From an uncultured Phycisphaerales bacterium (lineage in GTDB: Bacteria; Planctomycetota; Phycisphaerae; Tepidisphaerales; Tepidisphaeraceae): 64,000 bases of DNA. The notes under the pieces were generated by a model that ran no database searches, was not told the DNA's origin, and saw only the letters and a program-made list of their open reading frames with translations. This document shows, in pieces, positions 39,831 to 50,617 of this stretch (positions are counted from its first letter, which is position 1; each line of letters begins with the position of its first letter). A program made the position numbers and the translations under genes. The stretch is taken from assembly GCA_963755915.1 (NCBI GenBank), contig CAVWLP010000002.1:4384001-4448000 (forward strand), written 5' to 3'.

Positions 39831-40832
39831 ATGACACGGTCTACTTTCAAAACTCGTTCGATCGGAATTACAACAATCGGAGTTTTCACATCTCTAAGCA
39901 TCGGCTCTTTCGCCTCTGGCGACCCGCTGCCAAATGAGCAGCTCAAGTTCTATCAATCGCCGCTGAATAACGCGCCTCCCGGAATATATCCGGTCGGGGC
40001 AACGCCGCTGTCCACGGACACTCCCGAGCCATTTCCCGGGCAGGATATATCGAGCACGGCGAACTACGACGCCGCCAGCGGAGTCGCCCAGGGAACCATG
40101 GTGGCGGACGATTTTTCGGACAACAATCCGCTGCCCATCGGCCACATCACCTTCTGGGGCTCTTACCTGAACGGCACCAACGCCAGCGGCACCGACCCGG
40201 TCCCCGCGTTCCAGATTTCGCTCTATACCGACGTGCCGGCCGTCCTTGGAACCACCGCGGATTTCAGCCATCCCGGAACGCTCATCGCAACGCAGACGGT
40301 AACCCAGGCGCTCTCGCTGAGCTATTCCTCGGGAACCTTCACAGCTACTCCGGTTGCGCCCGGAAAATCTACCACAGTTGCGCCTCCCCCCGGCGACAGC
40401 GGATTGATCGAGTACAACGCCGAACTGAATTGGCAGAACATCACTTTTCCCGACGCGACCAACGGAAATGTCGAATGGCTCAGCATCGTCGCCTTGGTCC
40501 CAAACACCTCGACCACCCCAATCGACTGGGGCTGGCACGATCGGGACTACGGCATCGCCGATCCGTACGCTGCGGCGGGAGACGAAACTTCGCCGGCTCC
40601 CTACCACTTCCTCGATGACGCGGTTTCCGGCGCTTTCAGCAGCCCATCGAGCGTCGGCGGGTTCGGTCCGCTGGACTACAACCCGCAGTTCGACGGGATC
40701 AACAGCTCGATGGATATGGCGTTCGCCCTTTACACGATTCCCACCAGCGTTCCGGAACCGGCGACGCTCGGATTGTTCGGCCTGACGGTCCCTGCCCTGC
40801 TCATGCGCCGGCGAAAACGGCTGTCCACCTGA
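39831..40832 (+). CDS. PEP-CTERM protein 4
   Basis: AGGAG SD; VADDF, ITFWGSY, WGWH, DMAFAL; VPEPATL...RRRKR. Confidence 0.88.
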   Translation: MTRSTFKTRSIGITTIGVFTSLSIGSFASGDPLPNEQLKFYQSPLNNAPPGIYPVGATPLSTDTPEPFPGQDISSTANYDAASGVAQGTMVADDFSDNNPLPIGHITFWGSYLNGTNASGTDPVPAFQISLYTDVPAVLGTTADFSHPGTLIATQTVTQALSLSYSSGTFTATPVAPGKSTTVAPPPGDSGLIEYNAELNWQNITFPDATNGNVEWLSIVALVPNTSTTPIDWGWHDRDYGIADPYAAAGDETSPAPYHFLDDAVSGAFSSPSSVGGFGPLDYNPQFDGINSSMDMAFALYTIPTSVPEPATLGLFGLTVPALLMRRRKRLST

Positions 40833-40887
40833 AAGTGAACGCCAGTGCGTTCCAATTTGTGTCGTTCTTACAAAGACGGGAGAGAAT

Positions 40888-41613
40888 ATGTTTTCGAGAG
40901 GATTATCAACCCTCCTGATTGCCGCCGTTGGTTTGGGACTGCTCACGTGCGGCGCGGTCCGCGCGAACCTGGTAACCAACGGCGGGTTTGAGTCGACGAC
41001 GAATGGAAACGGGCAGTTGGGATACAACACCAACGCGATTGGCTGGACCGCCACGGGATATACATTCATCTTCGCGCCGGGGACGGCGGATACAACCGGC
41101 GCCCCCGGCTCGATCGGGACGGATTATCTCTGAGGTCCGGGCAATGGCTCGGCCAACGGGCTGACGATCAGCCCAAATGGCGGGAACTTCGTCGCCGCGG
41201 ATGGGGGCTATGACCCGGGGCCGCTTTCGCAGTCCATCAATGGATTGACCCTCGGCGAGCCGGTCTCCGTTGGATTCTGGTGGGCCGGGGCGCAGTTGCG
41301 CCCCGGATCCGGGCCAACCACTGAGCAGTGGCAGGTCAGCTTCGGCAGCCAGACGCAGTTCACCCCCGTCGTTAACAACGCGAGCGAAGGCTTTACGGGC
41401 TGGCAGTATCAGACGATGAGCTTCACCGCCAGCGGCGCGAGCGATCTGCTCTCGTTCCTGGCAGTGGGAACGCCGACGGGAGAACCCCCATTCTCGCTGC
41501 TGGATGGCGTCGACGTCGAAGTTCCGGAGCCGTCTTCGGTGCTTCTGATTGCCGGCGTTGCAGTGCTTGCCGCCGGCCTCCGCAAGCTGCGCCGCCGCGC
41601 CGCCTCCTTGTGA
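40888..41613 (+). pseudogene. PEP-CTERM protein 5 (DUF642/galactose-binding-like) with in-frame TGA at 41131-41133
   Basis: 40888..41133 and 41245..41613 share a frame; the intervening codons read GPGNGSANGLTISPNGGNFVAADG, matching the paralogs. Confidence 0.8.
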
Positions 41614-41646
41614 GTGCCGGTCCTCGTTCACAGAAGGGAGAAAAAA

Positions 41647-42366
41647 ATGTTCTCGAAAAAATCGTTCAAAATCGTTTTATCCATCATCGGGTGGGCATCG
41701 TTTGCCGCCGACGTAGCCCGCGGGAACCTCGTCACCAACAGCGACTTCCTTTCCTACACCGGTTCCCCTCCCAAGGACTTTTTCAGCCATGTCCTGCCCA
41801 CGGACTGGAGCAGCGGCGGTTATGTTTTTGTCGATACCCCCGGCAGCGCGGATAATCCCTTGGATCTCGGCATACCCGTCTATCCGTCTTTCCCCGTGAA
41901 CACCCCTCTCGGTGGAAATTTTATCGAGGCCGATGGCACCACGGGATTATCCAGCCCCCTCACCCAGACCATCAATACTTTGATTGCCGGCGACAGCTAC
42001 ACCCTTTTCTTCTATCAGGCCGCCGGACAGCAGTTGGGTGACGCCTTCGCCGGCCCCACCACCGAGCAGTGGCAAGTCAGCCTGGGGAGTAGCCCTTCTC
42101 AATCTTCCACTTTGATGTCCGATCCGGCGGGCGGCGTCATCCCCTGGCAGTCGCAGACAATGACCTTCACCGCCACCAGCAGTTCTGAACTGCTCAGCTT
42201 TGTCCCCATCGGCACCGGACTCCCGCCGATCGTCTTTCTCGGCAACCCAGACCTGGAAGCCAACGTCCCCGAGCCATCCGCTTGTCTGCTGCTCGCCAGC
42301 GTGGGCACCGTTGTCGGCATCGGCAGGCTCGGACGCCGATTGCGCGCCAAACCCTCCACCGCCTGA
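41647..42366 (+). CDS. PEP-CTERM protein 6 (paralog of 5 and 7)
   Basis: NLVTN, GGNFIEADG, QTINTL, TTEQWQVSLG, LLSF, VPEPS. Confidence 0.88.
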   Translation: MFSKKSFKIVLSIIGWASFAADVARGNLVTNSDFLSYTGSPPKDFFSHVLPTDWSSGGYVFVDTPGSADNPLDLGIPVYPSFPVNTPLGGNFIEADGTTGLSSPLTQTINTLIAGDSYTLFFYQAAGQQLGDAFAGPTTEQWQVSLGSSPSQSSTLMSDPAGGVIPWQSQTMTFTATSSSELLSFVPIGTGLPPIVFLGNPDLEANVPEPSACLLLASVGTVVGIGRLGRRLRAKPSTA

Positions 42367-42420
42367 CTCGGCGCCGGCTCCCTTATCAATTGCCGTCTTG
42401 TGCACCCAAAAGGAAAAACT

Positions 42421-43140
42421 ATGCTCGCGACAAAATTTTCCATCCTCGTAGTTCCCGCAATCGCGCTGGCCCTGCTTACCTGCGGTATCGCTAACGCGAA
42501 CCTGGTGACCAATCCCTTATTCTTGTCCTACACCGGCCTCGCGCCAAAGAATCAAATACAGCAAGTTTCGCCGACTGACTGGACCGGCGCGGACTTCACA
42601 TACGTCGATGCCCCCGGTACCGCCGATGATCCCTCAGCGCCCGGCATACCCGTCTATCCACCGTTCCCCGTCAACAGCCCCGCCGGTGGCAATTTCATCC
42701 AGTCCGACGGCACTCCGGGTTTGTCCGTTGCGATCACTCAAACCATAAACGGCCTCACGAACGGACAGAATTACAGCCTGACTTTCTATCAGGCCGGTGA
42801 CCAGGAACTGGGCGGTGCCGTCGGGTCGTTGGAGAATTGGGAGGTCAGCCTGGGCAGCGATACCCAGTATTCGACCGTGATGAACGTTCCGCAGGGCGCC
42901 GTGGTGCCCTGGCAGCCGCAAACGATGTCGTTCACGGCCACGGGCACCTCCGAGCTACTGAGCTTTTTCGCCATCGGCACCCCCGGAGATCCGCCCATGG
43001 TCTTTTTCTCTGATCCAGACCTGGAGGCAAACGTGCCGGAACCCTCCGCCTTCCTATTGCTTGCGGCCGTGGGTATCGTTATCGCCATCGGCAGAGTGGG
43101 CCGCCGGGTGATCGCGAATCGAATGCATATGCCGGCGTAA
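42421..43140 (+). CDS. PEP-CTERM protein 7 (paralog of 5 and 6)
   Basis: NLVTN, GIPVYP.FPVN, GGNFIQSDG, DPDLEANVPEPS. Confidence 0.88.
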   Translation: MLATKFSILVVPAIALALLTCGIANANLVTNPLFLSYTGLAPKNQIQQVSPTDWTGADFTYVDAPGTADDPSAPGIPVYPPFPVNSPAGGNFIQSDGTPGLSVAITQTINGLTNGQNYSLTFYQAGDQELGGAVGSLENWEVSLGSDTQYSTVMNVPQGAVVPWQPQTMSFTATGTSELLSFFAIGTPGDPPMVFFSDPDLEANVPEPSAFLLLAAVGIVIAIGRVGRRVIANRMHMPA

Positions 43141-43214
43141 TTGGGCCCCATCGACTGATCTGTCCTCTTCTCCGATTGGAAGAAGGGGATTCGCCACTTC
43201 CAGAACTTGACATC

Positions 43215-44050
43215 ATGGCCGTTCAATTCCATGCAATGCTTTTGACGGTTTTGCGGCTTTCTGTCTGGCTGACGATTCTGGTCGTCATCTTCGTCCCGCT
43301 TGAGCGTCTCTTCGCCGCGCACCCGCAGAAAATTCTTCGGCGGGGGATCGGCGCCGATCTGGGATATTTTTTCATCAGCAGCCTTATTCCCGCCGCCGTG
43401 ATCAGCGGACCGATGGCTTTCCTGGCTGTGATCATCCACCGCGCCGTTCCGAGCAGTTTTCTCGCGGTCACCGGATCCTGGCCGATTTGGGTCCAGGCCA
43501 TCGCGGCACTTTTCGTTTCTGAGATCGGATACTACTGGGCCCATCGCCTGAGCCACGAAATTCCTTTTCTCTGGCGTTTCCATTCCATCCACCACAGCGC
43601 CGAGCATGTCGATTTTCTGGTCAACACGCTGCGCACCCCGTGGACCTGGTCTTCAGCCGATTCTGCGCCCTGGTTCCGATCTACGTTCTGGGCCTCGGCA
43701 GCCCAAGAACCGCCGCCGGCAGCCTGGTGCCCGTGATCGCCACATTGATCACCACCTCGTGGGGTTTTTTCATTCACGCCAACATTCGTTTGCGGTTCGG
43801 TCCCCTGGAGCGGCTCGTTTCCACCCCCGCTTTCCATCACTGGCATCACACCCTCTCCGGCCCCATCAACCGCAACTACGCCTCCACTTTGCCCTGGCTG
43901 GACCGAATCTTCGGCACCCACCACCTCCCCAAGGAATTCCCGACCGCCTACGGCACCGTGGATAAGCTTCCGGAGTCACTTACCGATCAGCTCTTTTATC
44001 CATTGCAAAAACCAGCGCGAGATGCGCAAAGCTCGACAACTCCGCGATAA
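43215..44050 (+). CDS. Sterol desaturase / fatty-acid hydroxylase family (frameshift ~43630)
   Basis: His boxes HRLSH, HSIHHS, FIHAN, FHHWHH; WLDRIFGT. Confidence 0.9.
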
Positions 44051-44216
44051 TAGAGAAACACTGCACTCCTAAATCGCATCATCACTGATTACTCGAGTGA
44101 TCCAGATCAATCCCGATGACGGCGTTGCCGATTACGATCTGCTCGTATCAGGATTTTCCATTCGACTAACCGTTGGCATTACAATCGATGCCCGACGACT
44201 CTTTGAGGCCTCAGCC

Positions 44217-45452
44217 ATGAAGCTTCGCATCGGTATTTTGCCGTATTCAGAGCTGCCGCATCTGGCGCCGTGCCTGCGCATTTGCCGGGAGCTGCTGAAA
44301 TCGGACCACGAGATTCATATCTTCCGTTCTGAGGTCTTCGCCATCTTCCCCGGAGAAAAGCAGGCATGGGGCGAACTGCTGCCGAAGTTTGGTTTGAACG
44401 GGCTTCAGGTCATTCACCGGACCCAAAGCACGTCATTTGTCGATTGGCTGGTGATGCAGGCAAAAGAACGGCGTCTTGACGTTATCATTCTCGACGCCGT
44501 TTGGCAGGGATTGGCCTTCGAACTTCGGTCATTGGTCAGACACGTCGTCGTCCATCATGCGGGGCTGCCTGATTTCAGGTCGCCCGACTTGCCGCCGTGG
44601 TCGTTCGCCCAGCCCAATCACTCCGCGGAAATAGTGACCCGGACGCGACGCGCTCTGGAATCCGCCGACCTTGTTCGCGCCGTGCGCGGCGCCCTTTCCA
44701 CCGTGAAGGCACTTTCACCGGCGGGTAAATCGATCGCCGATAAATACGAATTTGGATGCACAGAACTCGGCAATTTACCTGCGATTCGTGCGATGAGTCT
44801 ATCTCCTTGCGTCGAATTTCCTGCCGAGCGGGGGCGAATCGAGTATTTCGGAACACTTTTGCCTTCGCCCCGGGACATCGATTGGACGCCCATTCCCCTG
44901 GAGCTGTTGGAGGATTCTAGGCCTCTGATCGCCTGTGTGTTCGGAACGACAGGCTTGCAAACGCGGGCCGAGTATCAATGGCTCTACGCACTGACCAAAA
45001 CTCTTGCAGACTCGCTGCCGCGGTGCCAAGTGATAACAGTCATCCCGCAATGGGCGCGTTCGCCCCAGATGGGAAGCGATTTGCCAAACAATGCCGCTCT
45101 CTATTCGTGGGTACCCTTGTGGGAGCTTCTTTCGATGCGCAGAACGACGAAGCTCTTGGTGAGTACGCCGGGTGTTGGCGCATTTCGAGAAGCGATTGCT
45201 TCGGGTACGCCCATTGTGGCCGTTCCTCGCCGGCTGGATCAATTCGGAGTAGCGGCTCGCGTGCAATTTTTCGGAGTGGGCGCCATGCTGGTTTCGCACA
45301 CACTGCCTTCCACAGACGCCGTGGTGCGGCACGTCGCCAAAACCTTTGAAGATCCGCAGATCCAGGCGCGTACGGATCGCCTCCGCCGGGAATTTGCCGC
45401 GTTCGATTCAACGATGCCCCTACGGCACTTCATTGAAACACGTATTTCATGA
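44217..45452 (+). CDS. GT-B glycosyltransferase, GT1/MGT-like
   Basis: PHLAPCLRICREL, YSWVP, PGVGAFREAIASGTPIVAVP..LDQF..AARV. Confidence 0.75.
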   Translation: MKLRIGILPYSELPHLAPCLRICRELLKSDHEIHIFRSEVFAIFPGEKQAWGELLPKFGLNGLQVIHRTQSTSFVDWLVMQAKERRLDVIILDAVWQGLAFELRSLVRHVVVHHAGLPDFRSPDLPPWSFAQPNHSAEIVTRTRRALESADLVRAVRGALSTVKALSPAGKSIADKYEFGCTELGNLPAIRAMSLSPCVEFPAERGRIEYFGTLLPSPRDIDWTPIPLELLEDSRPLIACVFGTTGLQTRAEYQWLYALTKTLADSLPRCQVITVIPQWARSPQMGSDLPNNAALYSWVPLWELLSMRRTTKLLVSTPGVGAFREAIASGTPIVAVPRRLDQFGVAARVQFFGVGAMLVSHTLPSTDAVVRHVAKTFEDPQIQARTDRLRREFAAFDSTMPLRHFIETRIS

Positions 45453-45489
45453 CCTGGACGAGAATTAAAGGCAACATGCGAACGTGCGG

Positions 45490-45733
45490 TTTCGGTTCGG
45501 CCCACTCGAATGGCTTCTTTCCACCCCCGCGTTTCATCACTGGCACAACACGCTTTCAGGTCCCATCAATCGCAATTGCCCTTCGACCCTCCCCTGGCTC
45601 GACCTCCTAAGGCACTGTAGATAAGCTTCCGGAGTCACTTACGGATCAGCTCTTTTATTCATTGCAAAAACCGGCGCGAGATGCGCAAAGCTCGACAACT
45701 CCGCGATAATAGAGAAACACTGCACTCCTAAAT
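45490..45733 (+). pseudogene. Degenerate duplicate of the desaturase 3' end and its downstream flank (43790..44074)
   Basis: Reads RFGPLEWLLSTPAFHHWH..; ~41-bp deletion between GACC microhomologies; last ~120 bp nearly identical. Confidence 0.85.
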
Positions 45734-46058
45734 TGCGTTACGGAAGCGCACAGGCCGATTTATGGCTTCTTTCGCCTGCCAGAGCCTGCCTGATTCGATC
45801 CTCATGCCAAAAATCGCTGCGGGTTTTTCGGCCGGTCGTCGCGGTCGATTACGGCAGGTCAACGCTTTGTCCTTAGGGGTAACTGCAATTACCAATGTGA
45901 CGGCGGGCAATCTGTCGATGAAAGTTGCTGGATTTTATCGGCCAAATCGGTTTGATTGGTAGAGAGATGAAAACAGATTAGGGGGTCCGCAAGGCGGTCG
46001 GGCCCAATCAGGAAATCGTTTAACCAAGCATTCGTAGTTCACTAGCGGGATTTGCAAA

Positions 46059-47306
46059 TTGACCACTATAAAAGACCCTCAACGCCCTATCGTCGCGCCC
46101 GATCATCAGCTTCCGCCGCCGCGCTCAACCACGCGTCACAAGATCGTCACCGTGATTTTGTGGCTGGTGATCATTCTCGTGTTCGCGGTCGCGTTCATCC
46201 TGGTCTTGCGAAAGCAGAATGAGCCACAAGCGGCCGGTGGACGCTTTGGCGCGGCAGGGCAAGCCGTCACGATTTCCGCCGCGACGGCGCGCACCGGTAA
46301 CGTCGGGCTGTACCTGGATTCGATCGGGACGGTGACGCCGGTTTATACGGTTTCCATTACCAGCCAGGTCAATGGGCAGGTCGTCGCGGTACATTTCACC
46401 GAGGGACAATTGGTGAAAAAGGGGGATCCGCTGATCGATATCGATCCGCGGCCGTATGCGGCCACCCTGCTCCAGGCGCAAGGGACATTGGAACGCGATC
46501 AGAATCTCCTGGCGCAGTCCCAGATGGACCTGGACCGTTACCAGCAGGCGTGGGCGCGCAATGCAATTCAGAAGCAGACGCTGGACGATCAGGAAAAGCT
46601 CGTGCTTCAAAATCAAGGTACGGTGAAAAACGATCAGGGCGCGGTGGATTACGACCAGGTGCAGTTGGAGTTTTGCCACATCACGTCGCCGATTACGGGG
46701 CGGGTTGGCCTGCGGCTGGTGGATCCTGGCAATGTCGTGCAAGCTGCGGGCAATACGGTGCTGGCGGTGGTGACGCAGATTTCGCCAATTACCGTGGTGT
46801 TCCCGATTGCGGAGGACAATCTCGACCTGCTTGAGTCGCACATGCAGAATGGGGCGAAACTTGAGGCGGACGCCTATGACCGGGCGGACCAGAAGAAGCT
46901 GGATACGGGAAATCTGATTACGATCGACAACCAGATCGATACGACGACTGGGACGGTAAAGGGGCGGGCGCTATTTCCGAATAAGAATACGCCGCTGTTT
47001 CCCAATGAGTTTGTGAACGTGCACCTGTTGGTGACGACGCTGAAGGGAGTGACGCTGGTGCCGGCGTCGGCGATTCAGCATAACGGAGATGATTCGTTTG
47101 TGTACTCGATTGAGGACGGGGTGGCGCACCTTGTGAACGTCACGCCAGGAGTTACCGACAACGGGCGCACTCAGGTGACGGGAATTAAGCCGGGGCAGAA
47201 GGTGGCCAACAGCGGATTTGAGCGGCTGGACGATGGTTCGAAGGTGAACGTGACAACGAGGCCGTCGACCGCGCCGTCGAGCAGCGTCGAAAGCGAAGCG
47301 CCGTGA
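46059..47306 (+). CDS. mdtA: RND periplasmic adaptor, MdtA-like
   Basis: SIGTVTP, SQVNGQV..VHFTEGQLVKKGD, ITSPITGRVGLRLVDPGN, IDNQIDTTTGTVK. Confidence 0.9.
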   Translation: MTTIKDPQRPIVAPDHQLPPPRSTTRHKIVTVILWLVIILVFAVAFILVLRKQNEPQAAGGRFGAAGQAVTISAATARTGNVGLYLDSIGTVTPVYTVSITSQVNGQVVAVHFTEGQLVKKGDPLIDIDPRPYAATLLQAQGTLERDQNLLAQSQMDLDRYQQAWARNAIQKQTLDDQEKLVLQNQGTVKNDQGAVDYDQVQLEFCHITSPITGRVGLRLVDPGNVVQAAGNTVLAVVTQISPITVVFPIAEDNLDLLESHMQNGAKLEADAYDRADQKKLDTGNLITIDNQIDTTTGTVKGRALFPNKNTPLFPNEFVNVHLLVTTLKGVTLVPASAIQHNGDDSFVYSIEDGVAHLVNVTPGVTDNGRTQVTGIKPGQKVANSGFERLDDGSKVNVTTRPSTAPSSSVESEAP

Positions 47307-50300
47307 GCCCTTCCCGCCAGTTCATTTTAAGGCCCGTCGCAACGTCCCTGCTGATGGCGGCGATTCTGCTGGTGGGAATTGTCTGTTACACGCAGTTGCC
47401 GGTCTCGGCGCTGCCGCAGGTTGATTATCCAACCATTCAGGTGCTGACGTTTTATCCGGGAGCGAGTCCCGACGTGATGGCGACGACGGTGACCGCCCCA
47501 CTGGAGCGCCAGTTTGGTGAAATCCAGGGGCTCAGCCAGATGACCTCGACCAGTTCCGCCGGAACGTCGGTCATCGTCCTTCAGTTTGATCTGAGCCTGG
47601 GGCTCGACGTCGCGGAAGAGGAAGTACAGTCGGCGATCAACGCGGGGCAGAGCTATCTGCCTTCGGATCTTCCATCGCCGCCGATCTACAGCAAGACCAA
47701 TCCGGCCGACGCCCCGATTCTCACGCTGGCGGCGACCTCCAATTCGATTCCGCTCTCGCAAGTGGAAGACCTGATCGACACGCGGCTGGCGCCGAAGATT
47801 TCGCAGCTCAGTGGCGTAGGGCTGGTGAGCATCAGCGGCGGCCATAAGCCGGCGGTAAGAATCCAGGCGAATCCGACGGCGCTGTCGGCCTACGGAATCA
47901 ACCTGGAAGATTTGCGCACCGCTCTCACGCAGGCGAGCGTGAACGCAGCAAAGGGAAACTTCGACGGGCCGCGGCAGGACTGGCAGATTGACGCGAACGA
48001 TCAACTCGTGACCAGCGATGATTACAAGAACGTCGTAGTGGCCTATCGGAATGGATCGCCGGTGATGCTGACGGACGTGGCCAAGATCGTCAACGGGGTT
48101 GAAAACAGCTCGCAGGCGGCCTGGATGAACCTGACGCCGGCGGTCATCGTCAACGTGCAGCGCCAGCCGGGCGCCAACACGATTAATGTTGTCGCCAGCA
48201 TCAAAAAGCTGTTGCCGTCGCTGGAGACGAACCTGCCGGCGGGGATCGAACTGACGACGCTGACTGACCTGACCACGCCGATCCAGGCTTCGATTTCAGA
48301 CGTGAAATTCGAGTTGTTTCTTACCATCGCTCTGGTGGTGATGGTGATTTTCGTTTTTCTGCGGAATCTTTATGCGACGATCATCCCCAGCGTGGCGGTG
48401 CCAGTATCACTGGTGGGGACATTCGCTGCGATGTGGGCGTTTGGGTATAGCCTCGACAACCTGTCGATGATGGCCCTGACGATTTCGACCGGTTTCGTCG
48501 TCGACGACGCGATCGTCATGATCGAAAACATTTCGCGGTACATCGAAGAAGGCGAATCGCCAATGGAGGCGGCGCTGAAGGGGTCGGAGCAGATTGGGTT
48601 CACGATTATTTCGCTGACGGTTTCCCTGATCGCCGTGCTGATCCCCCTGCTGTTCATGGGCGACGTCGTCGGGCGGCTGTTCCGCGAATTCGCGGTGACG
48701 CTGGCGGTGACGATCATCGTTTCGGCAATCGTTTCCCTGACGCTTACGCCGATGATGAGCTCGCGCATTTTGCGGGCGAGGGGGGACCAGTCGCACGGCC
48801 GATTCTTCCAATGGTCGGAATGGGCGTTTAACTCGATGATCGCCTTTTACGGCCGGACGCTTCAATTCGTTCTAAGACACCAGACCGCAACGTTGCTCGT
48901 GGCCGTCGGCACCATGGCGCTGACGGTGCTCATGTACATCGTAATTCCAAAGGGACTGTTCCCCGTGCAGGACACGGGCGTGATCCAGGGGATTTCGCAG
49001 GCGGCGCCGACGATCAGTTCCACGGCAATGGCGCTGAAACAGCGCCAGCTTGCGGAGGTGATCTTGCAGGACCCGGCCGTGGAAAGCCTTTCGTCGTTCA
49101 TCGGCGCCGACGGGACGAACACGACGCTGAACAGCGGACGGTTTTCGATCAATCTCAAGCCGCTTGAGGATCGGAAGATCAGCGCTTCGGATGTGATTCG
49201 GCGCTTGCAGCCCAAGCTCCAGCAGGTTGAGGGGATCACGCTTTACATGCAGCCGGTGCAGAACATCACGGTGGATGACCGCGTGAGCCGCACGCAGTAT
49301 CAGTTCACGCTTGAGGATGCCGATCAGACTGAGCTGAACAAATGGACGGCGCGGTTTGTCACTCGTCTCCAGCAATTACCGCAACTGGCGGACGTGGCCA
49401 CCGACCAGCAGTTAGGCGGCGCGGCCGTTGACCTGGTAATCGACCGCGTAACCGCCTCGCGCCTCGGCATTGCCCCGTCGACGATCGACAACACGCTTTA
49501 CGACGCCTTCGGCCAGCGGCAGATCAACACCATGTACACGCAGGTGAACCAATACCACGTGATCCTGGAGACAGACCCGAAATTTCAGCAGGACCCGCAA
49601 CGGCTGAACCAGATTTATATCCGTTCCAACACTTCTTCCGGCGCAAGCGGGGCAGCGGCGGCATCATCGTTTTCGGCGTCGGGCTCCGCGACGGCCGGTT
49701 CGAACGCGCTGACCGGCTCCGTGCTCTATACACCGTCGGCAAATACGCTTGCCCCCCCTACCAACGCGCTGGCGCCCACTTCCTCGACGCCGGCGACCGG
49801 AGCCGGTTCGGCGGGAACTCCAAGCTCGCAGATGGCCGAGGCCGTGCCTCTGGGGGCCTTCACGCATTTCCACTCAACCAGTGAGCCGCTTTCCATCAAT
49901 CACCAAGGACAGTTTCCGGTCATTACCGTTTCCTTCAATCTCGCGCCCGGCTATGCCCTCAGCCAGGCGATGACCGCGATCGATAAGGTGCAGGCGGATA
50001 TAAATTTCCCGGCCAGCCTCCAGGCCTCATACCAGGGGACGGCCGCATCGTTCCGAAATTCACTGACCAATGAGCCGATACTGATCCTCGCGGCCATTGT
50101 GACCGTCTACATCGTGCTCGGCGTCTTATACGAGAGCTTTATTCACGCGATCACGATTCTCTCCACGCTTCCATCTGCCGGTGTCGGCGCGTTTCTGGCT
50201 CTAATGCTCTTCCACCAGGACCTGAGCGTCGTAGCGATCATCGGAATCGTTTTGCTGATCGGCATCGTGAAGAAAAACGGAATCATGATGGTGGACTTCG

Positions 50301-50617
50301 CGCTGGAGGCCGAGCGCAAGCAGGGAAAGAACTCGACCGAGGCCATTTACGAGGCGTCGCTGCTGAGATTTCGGCCCATCATGATGACGACAATGGCCGC
50401 TCTGCTCGGCGGACTTCCACTGGCGTTTGGCGGCGGCATCGGCTCCGAGCTGCGCCGGCCGCTGGGAATCGCCATGGTCGGCGGCCTTCTGCTGAGCCAG
50501 GCGCTCACGCTCTATACAACGCCCGTCATTTACATTTTCTTTGATAATCTCGCGCATCGCATCGGGCGCAAGCCGGAGATGAATCCGAACGACATTCGTG
50601 GAGCGCAGCTTGCATGA
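47303..50617 (+). CDS. mdtB: RND transporter, MdtB-like
   Basis: [53 protein letters not shown]. Confidence 0.93.
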   Translation: MSPSRQFILRPVATSLLMAAILLVGIVCYTQLPVSALPQVDYPTIQVLTFYPGASPDVMATTVTAPLERQFGEIQGLSQMTSTSSAGTSVIVLQFDLSLGLDVAEEEVQSAINAGQSYLPSDLPSPPIYSKTNPADAPILTLAATSNSIPLSQVEDLIDTRLAPKISQLSGVGLVSISGGHKPAVRIQANPTALSAYGINLEDLRTALTQASVNAAKGNFDGPRQDWQIDANDQLVTSDDYKNVVVAYRNGSPVMLTDVAKIVNGVENSSQAAWMNLTPAVIVNVQRQPGANTINVVASIKKLLPSLETNLPAGIELTTLTDLTTPIQASISDVKFELFLTIALVVMVIFVFLRNLYATIIPSVAVPVSLVGTFAAMWAFGYSLDNLSMMALTISTGFVVDDAIVMIENISRYIEEGESPMEAALKGSEQIGFTIISLTVSLIAVLIPLLFMGDVVGRLFREFAVTLAVTIIVSAIVSLTLTPMMSSRILRARGDQSHGRFFQWSEWAFNSMIAFYGRTLQFVLRHQTATLLVAVGTMALTVLMYIVIPKGLFPVQDTGVIQGISQAAPTISSTAMALKQRQLAEVILQDPAVESLSSFIGADGTNTTLNSGRFSINLKPLEDRKISASDVIRRLQPKLQQVEGITLYMQPVQNITVDDRVSRTQYQFTLEDADQTELNKWTARFVTRLQQLPQLADVATDQQLGGAAVDLVIDRVTASRLGIAPSTIDNTLYDAFGQRQINTMYTQVNQYHVILETDPKFQQDPQRLNQIYIRSNTSSGASGAAAASSFSASGSATAGSNALTGSVLYTPSANTLAPPTNALAPTSSTPATGAGSAGTPSSQMAEAVPLGAFTHFHSTSEPLSINHQGQFPVITVSFNLAPGYALSQAMTAIDKVQADINFPASLQASYQGTAASFRNSLTNEPILILAAIVTVYIVLGVLYESFIHAITILSTLPSAGVGAFLALMLFHQDLSVVAIIGIVLLIGIVKKNGIMMVDFALEAERKQGKNSTEAIYEASLLRFRPIMMTTMAALLGGLPLAFGGGIGSELRRPLGIAMVGGLLLSQALTLYTTPVIYIFFDNLAHRIGRKPEMNPNDIRGAQLA

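Noticed and set aside
41131-41200. Selenocysteine or alternative genetic code
   Set aside because: The position fits Trp rather than Cys, and TGA is a normal stop in many genes here
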